Positions 25,514 to 33,768 of a stretch of 40,439 nucleotides of DNA are shown here, piece after piece. The number at the start of each line of letters is the position of its first letter. Position 1 is the stretch's first letter. A program made the position numbers and the translations under genes. The notes beneath the pieces are model-generated. The model did not search any database and had not been told where the DNA came from. It saw only the letters and a list, made by a program, of their open reading frames with translations. This DNA is from Methylococcaceae bacterium (GTDB lineage Bacteria > Pseudomonadota > Gammaproteobacteria > Methylococcales > Methylomonadaceae), in contig JBAXMT010000001.1 of assembly GCA_037134135.1 (NCBI GenBank), positions 1 through 40,439 on the forward strand, in the 5' to 3' direction.

Positions 25514-25966
25514 ATGAAAAAAAGAGATATAGCACTGATGTTATTAAGCACATTATCTTTAGCTGGTGTGCCTGCACTTTCAAAAGCAGATTCTTGTTCA
25601 GAGATAAAAGAACAGTATTGGGATTGTGTTCGTGATGCGATGAATGGCGGTTCATGTAATAGTAACATTTCAATTCCACCAGAATGTTTAACAGCGGGTT
25701 CCGCCCCAAGTGGCGGCAGCTCTGGTTCGTCATCTTCCTACTCGCCACCACCACGCGCAAGTTTTTTTAAAAAGAAAGAAAAGCCCTTTGTTTATCAAGC
25801 CGATCTTCCCGCTAAAAAACAAGTCAAAGTAATCGACATCAAACCTGCCAATGGCAAAATCTATCTCGAAACGGAAGAGGAGGTTGATGAATACCTCACG
25901 AGAATTAGAGATGATTTGACGGAAGCAATTAACGACGGCAAACGAGTTCGTCTGCAATTTCAGTGA
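25514..25966 (+). CDS. Hypothetical secreted protein (signal peptide, 4-Cys segment, Gly/Ser-rich linker, charged C-terminal domain)
   Basis: Signal peptide MKKRDIALMLLSTLSLAGVPALSKA. I did not recognise any family. Confidence 0.6.
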   Translation: MKKRDIALMLLSTLSLAGVPALSKADSCSEIKEQYWDCVRDAMNGGSCNSNISIPPECLTAGSAPSGGSSGSSSSYSPPPRASFFKKKEKPFVYQADLPAKKQVKVIDIKPANGKIYLETEEEVDEYLTRIRDDLTEAINDGKRVRLQFQ

Positions 25967-26038
25967 AAAGATGCGTAAAAAACCAAAACTGCAACCACCA
26001 CTACCATTTTCTTTTAACCCTTTTTACAGGCGAGCTTT

Positions 26039-26704
26039 ATGACTTTAGCAATTTTTGATTTAGACAATACGTTAATTTCAGATGATAGTGATTATTTATG
26101 GGGGCAGTTTTTGGTTGATCAGGGAATTGTCGATCGCACGATTTATAAACAAGTTAACGCTCAATTTTACGAAGATTATCAACAAGGTTCGTTAGATATG
26201 ATGGCGTTTTTACGGTTTGCTTTGAAGCCACTTGCCGATCATCCTATTGATCAATTACACCTTTGGCGCGAACAGTTTTTAAACGAAATTATTTCGCCGA
26301 TTTTATTGAAAGCGGCGACTGAATTAGTTGAAAAACATCGCGCATTAGGTCACACGTTATTAGTGATTACAGCAACCAATCGTTTTATTACGGCACCGAT
26401 TGTTGAAATGTATGGTATTGAACATCTACTCGCGACAACTCCAGAATTAGTTAATGAACAATACACAGGAGAAATTGTTGGTATCCCGTGTTTTCAAGAA
26501 GGGAAAGTGACAATGTTGAATGAGTGGTTGGAAAAAAATAGCGAATCTTTAACGGGAAGTTATTTTTATAGTGATTCACACAATGATTTGCCACTTTTAA
26601 AATTGGTTGATAATCCGATTGCCGTAAATCCCGATGATAAATTACGCCATTTTTCAGAAACAGAAGGTTGGCAAATTATAGATTTACGCAGCGAAAGTAT
26701 CTGA
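26039..26704 (+). CDS. HAD-IB family hydrolase
   Basis: Motif I FDLDNTL, motif II VITATN, and motif III/IV K...YSDSHNDLPLL. Confidence 0.85.
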   Translation: MTLAIFDLDNTLISDDSDYLWGQFLVDQGIVDRTIYKQVNAQFYEDYQQGSLDMMAFLRFALKPLADHPIDQLHLWREQFLNEIISPILLKAATELVEKHRALGHTLLVITATNRFITAPIVEMYGIEHLLATTPELVNEQYTGEIVGIPCFQEGKVTMLNEWLEKNSESLTGSYFYSDSHNDLPLLKLVDNPIAVNPDDKLRHFSETEGWQIIDLRSESI

Positions 26705-26803
26705 ATAAAAATCAAGATGAATCAAGTACCTTCGCCATTTTTTATTCCTGAAAATGATCGCAATTCTACAGTGGTGACTAATTTTAATTAAGTTGAGTTT
26801 TAA

Positions 26804-27685
26804 ATGAAAAACATTATTAGCAATGGAAAATTATTAACTTTTGATTATTTAATCAATTCTGTTTTTAACGCATTAGCTTTTCTTGGTGGTTCTGGTTCAA
26901 TCGAGGAAATATACGAAACAGTTATTGAAATGGAAAAGTTTGATGAATCAGTAATATCAATACGTCAAAATCCAGAAAAAAGTAATCAAACTGTTCTTGA
27001 TTATGAATTAGGTTGGGCAAGAAGCTATTTAAAAAAATGCGGATTGTTTGAAAATTCTAGTCGTGGCGTTTGGAGTTTGACACCTTTAGCAAAAGAGCAA
27101 AAAAGCATCGATGCTTTAGAAGTTATAAAAACTGTTCGGAAAATGAGCAGAGCAACATCAAAACAAAATCAAAACGAAGATGACATTGAAATTCAATCTG
27201 TAGATACACCAGAAGAAATTGCTGATTGGAAAGATGAATTATATTTACTATTAACAAAACAAATCAGCCCTGATGCTTTTGAGCGATTAACCCAACGATT
27301 ACTGCGTGAATGCGGATTTGTTCAAGTCGAAGTCACAGGAAAAACGGGCGATGGCGGCATTGATGGTAAAGGTATTGCGCGAATCAACGGATTGATGAGT
27401 TTTCACGTTATTTTTCAATGCAAAAAATATCAAGGTTCAGTTTCTGCTAGTGAAATGAGAGATTTTCGCGGTGCAATGGTTGGACGCGCTGATAAAGGTT
27501 TGTTTATCACGACGGGAACTTTCACTCCTTCTGCAATTAAAGAAGCCACACGCGATGGCGCACCGCCGATTGATTTAATTGATGGCGAACATTTAGCCGA
27601 AAAATTAAAAGAACTACAACTTGGCGTAAAAACTGAAATGGTCGAAAAAGTGACCATCAACAGCGAGTGGTTTTTAAGCCTCTAA
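26804..27685 (+). CDS. mrr: Mrr-family type IV restriction endonuclease
   Basis: The N-terminus has a winged-helix Mrr_N-like region. The C-terminus has the Mrr catalytic core (GDGGIDGKG...FQCKKY..., FITTGTFT). Confidence 0.85.
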   Translation: MKNIISNGKLLTFDYLINSVFNALAFLGGSGSIEEIYETVIEMEKFDESVISIRQNPEKSNQTVLDYELGWARSYLKKCGLFENSSRGVWSLTPLAKEQKSIDALEVIKTVRKMSRATSKQNQNEDDIEIQSVDTPEEIADWKDELYLLLTKQISPDAFERLTQRLLRECGFVQVEVTGKTGDGGIDGKGIARINGLMSFHVIFQCKKYQGSVSASEMRDFRGAMVGRADKGLFITTGTFTPSAIKEATRDGAPPIDLIDGEHLAEKLKELQLGVKTEMVEKVTINSEWFLSL

Positions 27686-27721
27686 CCCACATTTTTATTT
27701 ACAATTTCAACTGAAAATCAC

Positions 27722-29101
27722 ATGACCTTTTGCATCGAAACTCTCTTAAACGAACACAGCAACGACAAATTTGAGTTGCACGAACAATTTTTAAACAACC
27801 AAATGGTGCGCGTTTTAAAAACCATTGGTTACGACCGCCATTACAAAAAAGCGGTCGGACAATATCTTTACGACCAAGAAGGCACGGAATATCTCGATTT
27901 ATTGAGTGGTTTTGGTGTGTTTGCGATTGGGCGAAATCACCCGACCGTTATTGCCGCTTTGAAAGAAACGCTTTCGTTAGAATTGCCGAATTTAGTGCAA
28001 CTCGACGTGTCGATTTTGAGCGGTTTGTTGGCAAAAGAAATTCTCAAAACCACGCCTGAAAATTTAACCAAAATGTTTTTCTGTAATTCGGGAACAGAAG
28101 CCGTTGAAGCAGCGATTAAATTTGCTCGTTTCACGACCAAGCGCGACAAAATTGTTTTCTGCGAACATGGTTATCACGGTTTAACGATGGGCGCGTTGTC
28201 GTTGAACGGCGAAAACATTTTCCGCGAAGGTTTTGGAACTTTATTGCCAAACTGTGAAGCGATTCCGTTTAACGATTTGGTTGCACTCGAAAAAGCCTTG
28301 AGTAGCAAAGATGTGGCAGCGTTTATCGTCGAACCAATTCAAGGAAAAGGCGTAAATTTACCTGACGATAATTATTTGCCCGAAGTTCAACGTTTATGCC
28401 AAAAATACGGCACGCTCTTTGTCGCTGATGAAGTGCAAACTGGTTTAGGACGCACGGGCAAGTTTTGGGCGGTCGAACATTGGAACGTGCAGCCCGACAT
28501 GATTTGTATGGCGAAAGCGTTATCAGGCGGTTTTGTGCCAGTTGGTGGCGTGGCGATTACCACAAAAATTATGGACACCGTTTATAACCGAATGGATAGA
28601 GCAGTCGTTCACGGTTCGACGTTTGCAAAAAATAATATGGCAATGGCGGCTGGTTTGGCGACGTTAGAAGTTATGAAAAATGAAAACTTGGTCGAAAACA
28701 GCCTAAAAGTCGGTACGGAAATCATCAATAATTTGAACGCCATGACCGACCGTTACGAATTACTCAAAGAAGCTCGCGGCAAAGGCATGATGATTGCCAT
28801 TGAATTCCAATCGCCAAAAAGTTTAAAACTCAAAGCAGGCTGGGCAATGCTTGAAGCCGCGAATAAAGGCTTGTTTTGTCAAATGGTGACAATTCCATTA
28901 TTCAAAGAACATCACATTTTGACGCAAGTTGCGGGGCATGGAATGAACGTTGTCAAACTTTTGCCGCCGCTCAATTTGACCAAAAAAGACCACGACACGA
29001 TTATCAGCGCGTTCGATTCAACCATTGGTGAAACGCATAAAATGGGCGGTGCGATTTGGGATTTGGGTAAAAATTTGGCAGGTCATGCGTTGAAGAAATA
29101 G
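27722..29101 (+). CDS. Class-III PLP-dependent aminotransferase (acetylornithine/putrescine aminotransferase family)
   Basis: NSGTEAVEAAIKFAR, DEVQTGLGRTG and the Lys region MAKALSGG. Substrate cannot be assigned from sequence alone. Confidence 0.88.
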   Translation: MTFCIETLLNEHSNDKFELHEQFLNNQMVRVLKTIGYDRHYKKAVGQYLYDQEGTEYLDLLSGFGVFAIGRNHPTVIAALKETLSLELPNLVQLDVSILSGLLAKEILKTTPENLTKMFFCNSGTEAVEAAIKFARFTTKRDKIVFCEHGYHGLTMGALSLNGENIFREGFGTLLPNCEAIPFNDLVALEKALSSKDVAAFIVEPIQGKGVNLPDDNYLPEVQRLCQKYGTLFVADEVQTGLGRTGKFWAVEHWNVQPDMICMAKALSGGFVPVGGVAITTKIMDTVYNRMDRAVVHGSTFAKNNMAMAAGLATLEVMKNENLVENSLKVGTEIINNLNAMTDRYELLKEARGKGMMIAIEFQSPKSLKLKAGWAMLEAANKGLFCQMVTIPLFKEHHILTQVAGHGMNVVKLLPPLNLTKKDHDTIISAFDSTIGETHKMGGAIWDLGKNLAGHALKK

Positions 29102-29179
29102 AGAGTTCCTGCAATAACAATTTATGTTTTAAATTTTTAAGCCATATTCTTTTTTACTCAAAAATCCAAGGTCAAAAAT

Positions 29180-30379
29180 ATGAAATTAGGTTCCGCGTTA
29201 ACGCCTTCAGCAACAAAAGCGATGTTACTTGGCAGTGGAGAATTAGGTAAAGAATTAGTGATTTCGTTACAGCGTTTAGGCGTGGAAGTTATTGCTGTTG
29301 ATCGCTACGAAAATGCACCCGCACACGCCGTTGCTCATCGTTCTTATGTGATTGATATGACGGATGGCGAAGCATTAAAAGCCTTAATCGCCAAAGAACG
29401 TCCACATTTTATTATTCCTGAAATTGAAGCTCTCGCTACAGACGCATTGGCAGAAATTGAAGCACAAGGTAATTGCACGGTCGTTCCAAACGCTCGCGCC
29501 ATTCAATTGACGATGAATCGAGAAGGTATTCGCACATTAGCCGCTGAAACATTATCTGTACCGACTTCGCCGTATGCGTTTGCCGACTCGTTTGAAGAAT
29601 TGAAAACAGCAGTTGAAAATGGTATCGGTTATCCATGTTTTGTTAAACCGACGATGTCGTCATCAGGCAAAGGGCAATCTATGGTGAAAACACCAGAAGA
29701 ATTATCTACCGCATGGGATTACGCTAAAAATAGTGGACGTGTTGATACGGGAAAAGTGATTGTTGAAGGCAAAATTGATTTTGATTTTGAAATCACATTA
29801 TTAACGGTTCGGGCTTTGAATTCAGACGGTGAAGTTGTTACACATTTTTGTGAACCGATTGGACACATTCAGGAAAACGGTGATTACCGTGAAAGTTGGC
29901 AACCGCAAGCCATGACTGAGCAAGCGATTAAAAATTCTCAACAAATTGCAAAAAAAATCACTGATGCGATGGGGGGATTGGGGTTATTTGGTGTGGAATT
30001 ATTTATTTGTGGTGACGACGTTTGGTTTAGTGAAGTCAGTCCACGTCCACATGATACGGGTATGGTTACATTACTCACGCAAGTACAAACTGAATTTGAT
30101 TTACACGCTCGCGCCATTTTAGGTTTACCTGTAAATACGCAATTAAAAATTGCGGGAGCAAGTGCAGTAATTTTAAGTCCCATCGACGCGCAAGGTTTGA
30201 TTTATCAAGGTTTAGAAAACGCTTTAAGCATCCCTCATACCGACGTGCGCTTATTTGGAAAGCCCGAAGCATTTGTTAATCGTCGCATGGGAGTGGCTTT
30301 AGCAATTGCCAATTCTGCCGATACAGCTCGCAGGAATGCGGTACAAGCCGCAAATTTAGTGGTGATAAAGACGAGTTAA
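29180..30379 (+). CDS. purT: Formate-dependent phosphoribosylglycinamide formyltransferase (GAR transformylase 2)
   Basis: Near-colinear with E. coli PurT from the N-terminus (LGSGELGKE...[29 protein letters not shown]). Confidence 0.95.
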   Translation: MKLGSALTPSATKAMLLGSGELGKELVISLQRLGVEVIAVDRYENAPAHAVAHRSYVIDMTDGEALKALIAKERPHFIIPEIEALATDALAEIEAQGNCTVVPNARAIQLTMNREGIRTLAAETLSVPTSPYAFADSFEELKTAVENGIGYPCFVKPTMSSSGKGQSMVKTPEELSTAWDYAKNSGRVDTGKVIVEGKIDFDFEITLLTVRALNSDGEVVTHFCEPIGHIQENGDYRESWQPQAMTEQAIKNSQQIAKKITDAMGGLGLFGVELFICGDDVWFSEVSPRPHDTGMVTLLTQVQTEFDLHARAILGLPVNTQLKIAGASAVILSPIDAQGLIYQGLENALSIPHTDVRLFGKPEAFVNRRMGVALAIANSADTARRNAVQAANLVVIKTS

Positions 30380-30389
30380 AGGTATTGGT

Positions 30390-31130
30390 ATGCGTAACGG
30401 TGTGGTGATTTTTTTGATGATAGGATGTTGTGGTGAAGCAACCGCTGATATTTATAAAAAAGTAGTTGGAAGTAATGGTGTAATTACTTATACCAACAAA
30501 TCTGTCGTACCGACGGAAAAACCAATTATAAAAACAGCTGCACCGCGACCAGCCACACCAACAGTAGGCTATTTTTACAAATATCAGGATACTGAAAAGC
30601 ACGTTATTTACACAGATAAACCGCGTACTGACGTGGCATTATTAAGTAAAATGAAAGTGACGGTGCCAGCGAAAAATGCGCCACCACTTTTTTTCAATGC
30701 CCCTTATCCACCTACAGTCACTTCGTTTTACAGTAATCCGAATAAAGCTAAATTTAACACTTTAATTGCTCAAGCGGCAGAACGTCACCAAGTCGATGCA
30801 AAATTGGTTCACGCCGTTATCCAAGCAGAATCCGCTTATCGTCCCGATGCCATTTCATCGGCAGGGGCGGTGGGATTAATGCAATTGATGCCAGCGACAG
30901 CGATTCGTTTTGGTGTCACAGATAGTAATAATCCAGAGCAAAATATCAACGGGGGAACTCGTTATTTGCGACATTTAATGGATTTATTTCCTAATAGTTT
31001 AGATCTTGCCGTTGCGGCATATAACGCTGGGGAGAATTCAGTATTACGCCATAATAATTCGATTCCACCGTACCCAGAAACACAAAATTACGTCAAACAA
31101 GTCATGGCGTTATATAACCAAAAATCGTAA
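30390..31130 (+). CDS. Lytic transglycosylase domain protein with N-terminal DUF4124-like repeats
   Basis: Signal peptide, followed by the SLT catalytic region VIQAESAYRPDAISSAGAVGLMQLMP and AYNAGE. Confidence 0.85.
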   Translation: MRNGVVIFLMIGCCGEATADIYKKVVGSNGVITYTNKSVVPTEKPIIKTAAPRPATPTVGYFYKYQDTEKHVIYTDKPRTDVALLSKMKVTVPAKNAPPLFFNAPYPPTVTSFYSNPNKAKFNTLIAQAAERHQVDAKLVHAVIQAESAYRPDAISSAGAVGLMQLMPATAIRFGVTDSNNPEQNINGGTRYLRHLMDLFPNSLDLAVAAYNAGENSVLRHNNSIPPYPETQNYVKQVMALYNQKS

Positions 31131-31132
31131 AT

Positions 31133-31166
31133 AAAAAATCCGCTCATAAAGCGGATTTTTTGTTTT
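31133..31166. terminator. Bidirectional rho-independent terminator
   Basis: An A-run, then stem atccgct / agcggat with loop cataa, then tttttgtttt. It lies between convergent genes. Confidence 0.75.
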
Positions 31167-31180
31167 GAAAATTAGAAAAA

Positions 31181-31504
31181 TTATCTTTCTAGTAACGCCA
31201 ATTTACCTTCTTTACCGTTCCATTCATCCGCGTCTGGCATTGCATCTTGAACGTCAGTAATGATAGGCCAAATTTTTGATAATTCAGCATTCAACGCTGC
31301 GAATTGTTCTTGACCTTCTGGTAATTCATCTTCAGCGTGAATGGCATTTGCAGGACATTCTGGTTCACACAAAGTACAGTCAATACACTCGTCAGGATCA
31401 ATGACTAAGAAGTTTGGACCAACATGGAAGCAATCAACAGGACATACATCGACACAATCGGTAAATTTACATTTAATGCAATTTTCAGTAACAACAAAAG
31501 CCAT
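31181..31504 (-). CDS. fdxA: 7Fe ferredoxin (Azotobacter FdI type, [3Fe-4S][4Fe-4S])
   Basis: [24 protein letters not shown] ... CIDC..CEPECP cysteine pattern in a 107-aa product. Confidence 0.93.
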   Translation of the reverse strand: MAFVVTENCIKCKFTDCVDVCPVDCFHVGPNFLVIDPDECIDCTLCEPECPANAIHAEDELPEGQEQFAALNAELSKIWPIITDVQDAMPDADEWNGKEGKLALLER

Positions 31505-31567
31505 AATTCTGGTCTCTAAAAAGGATAAAAGGGAAAATTATTTGAACTCGAACATTTTAACAGAAAG

Positions 31568-31996
31568 TTACTGCTTACCAAATAAATGCGCGGCTTGAGG
31601 TGGTGCTTTTTGCTGTAAACAATGATACGCCGCGTTTTCATATTTAATCGTTAACGATTGAGCATTTTCATGTTCTGTTAAAAATTTCTCTGCTTCAATC
31701 GCGGTTAAATCTTTCATCATAAATGTTGAAATACATTCACAGGCTTTGCTAACTCTTGATTTATCATTATCAGGATTAGCTGAATTTTTTAACTCACGTT
31801 GTACACATTGATTTTCAAATGTTTTTTCAAATTTTTGCTTGTCGTCGTCACTTACCTTTGCACCAAGTAACGTGTGACTAATCGGTGTTTTTTGAGCTAC
31901 TTTATTTGTTGCAGGTGCTTTTTCATCGGAACAGCCGACAATCAATGCAAGGCTTAAAACAGCAACGTACATTTTTTTAATAGGATATTTTTTCAT
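31568..31996 (-). CDS. Hypothetical lipoprotein
   Basis: Lipobox LIVGC after a hydrophobic signal segment. I did not recognise any family. Confidence 0.6.
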   Translation of the reverse strand: MKKYPIKKMYVAVLSLALIVGCSDEKAPATNKVAQKTPISHTLLGAKVSDDDKQKFEKTFENQCVQRELKNSANPDNDKSRVSKACECISTFMMKDLTAIEAEKFLTEHENAQSLTIKYENAAYHCLQQKAPPQAAHLFGKQ

Positions 31997-32092
31997 AGAA
32001 AGTCACAGAAAATAGGTAAAATAGCATTATGCTAGAACCACAAAAAAAAGCAACGCGCCGTATTATTTCCGTTTCCAGAGTCGCTCTCCATT

Positions 32093-32873
32093 ATGAAATC
32101 TGTTTATAGTCACTTACCTTATCAAGAATCTCTCACCGCCTTCCTCACATTCTGTCATCAAAAAAAATACCCGAGCAAAGTGGACATTATTAGAATTGGG
32201 GATGTTGGTGATCGGTTATTTTTTATCATTGAAGGCTCCGTCGCTATTCTTGCTGAAGATGAAGATGGTGAAGTCGGTCATGAGTTAGTTTTAACCTATT
32301 TGAACAAACATGAATTTATTGGTGAAATTGGAATTTTCAAAGGTTTAGAAACTCGCAAAGTCAATGTGCGAACCCGTGAGCCGTGTGTGTTAGCTGAAAT
32401 CAGTTATGTTCGATTTAAAGAGCTTTTGCGTAAAGAATTACTCTACTGTGCACCCGATATTTTATATTTAATCGGCGAACAATTATCAGGAAGATTGTTG
32501 GCAACTAGTACACCAAACTGTTAAAGATAGGGATTATAAAAAGCTGGTTTAGACTTTTAATCCTCAGTGATTTCAGCAAATCATGCCGCAAACTTAATCC
32601 CGTTTGTTTTCGGTTTGATGTACTAGTCGAAAATTATGTGAATTAGCATTTATCGATGTTGAAGGACGGATTGCTGGTGCATTACTGGATTTGTGTAAAT
32701 CCCCCGATGCCATTACACATCCCGATGGAATGCAGTTACATATTTCACGACAAGAACTTGGGCGGATTGTCGGGTGTTCGCGTGAAATGGCAGGGCGCGT
32801 ATTGAAAGAACTCGAACTCAAAGGCGCAATTGCATCTCATGGTAAAACGATTGTTGTCTACGGTACGCGCTAA
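32093..32873 (+). pseudogene. crp: CRP/Vfr-family cAMP receptor protein gene interrupted by a 118-bp insertion
   Basis: 32093..32509 encodes the cNMP-binding domain, colinear with E. coli CRP up to ...RLLATS. 32628..32873 encodes [33 protein letters not shown]...GCSRE..GR.LK.L...[13 protein letters not shown]. Removing 32510..32627 restores one in-frame ORF of about 220 aa. Confidence 0.87.
32510..32621. mobile_element. MITE-like non-autonomous element (112 bp) with 27-bp imperfect terminal inverted repeats, flanked by duplicated ACTAGT
   Basis: The left end ACACCAAACTGTTAAAGATAGGGATTA aligns with the reverse complement of the right end, ACATCAAACCGAAAACAAACGGGATTA, at 19/27 positions without gaps. 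Flanking ACTAGT lies at 32504-32509 and 32622-32627. The element has no coding capacity. Confidence 0.75.
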
Positions 32874-32903
32874 TTTTTTCATTCAAATTTTTAGGTAACA
32901 AAC

Positions 32904-33758
32904 ATGACTTTTTCCACCGCTAAACAAGATGCGGACTATCACACTGCGCGATTGAAACACAATTCACAAATGCAATCGTCGGCTTATCGGTTGGCATATC
33001 ACGATTTTGATTTCATGATTCGCGATGAATTGCGTCCCGTGCGTTTGCAATTAGAATTATTGAAACCTGAACTTGCTTTTACTGAACATGGGATTGAATC
33101 AACGATTGTGATTTTCGGTAGTGCGCGAACACCTTCAGCCGAATCTGCACAGAATCAATTAAATTTGGCTCAACAAAATATCACTGCAAATCCAACAGAT
33201 ATTGAAAATCAGCAAGCCTTGAAACGCGCTGAACATGAAATGCAGAAAAGTTATTATTATGAACAAGCCCGCGAATTAGGTGTGTTGATTACTGAGAATA
33301 ATTTGAACGATAAGCAGTCTGTTTTTGTCATAACGGGTGGCGGAGCAGGTATTATGGAAGCCGCAAATCGTGGCGCATCGGAAGCGGGCGGTAAAAGTAT
33401 TGGTTTGAATATCGTGTTGCCGCATGAACAAATGCCTAATTCATACATTACGCCCGACTTGTGTTTTCAATTTCATTATTTTCCAATTCGCAAAATGCAC
33501 TTCATGATGCGAGCAAAAGCATTAATCGCGTTTCCTGGTGGTTTCGGAACATTGGACGAATTATTTGAAGCCTTAACGCTAATTCAATCAAAAAAAATGC
33601 ACCGTATTCCGATTATTTTATTTGGACAGCGTTATTGGAATCGAATTGTAAATTTTGATGCGTTAGTTGAAGAGGGCGTAATTTCATCTGCTGATTTGGA
33701 TTTGATTCAATATGCCGAAACGGCTGAACAAGCGTGGACGTTAATAAAAAATGTTTGA
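32904..33758 (+). CDS. LOG-family / TIGR00730 Rossmann-fold nucleotide-binding protein
   Basis: GGGAGIMEAANRGA and PGGFGTLDELFE motifs. Confidence 0.85.
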   Translation: MTFSTAKQDADYHTARLKHNSQMQSSAYRLAYHDFDFMIRDELRPVRLQLELLKPELAFTEHGIESTIVIFGSARTPSAESAQNQLNLAQQNITANPTDIENQQALKRAEHEMQKSYYYEQARELGVLITENNLNDKQSVFVITGGGAGIMEAANRGASEAGGKSIGLNIVLPHEQMPNSYITPDLCFQFHYFPIRKMHFMMRAKALIAFPGGFGTLDELFEALTLIQSKKMHRIPIILFGQRYWNRIVNFDALVEEGVISSADLDLIQYAETAEQAWTLIKNV

Positions 33759-33768
33759 AAGGCATATT

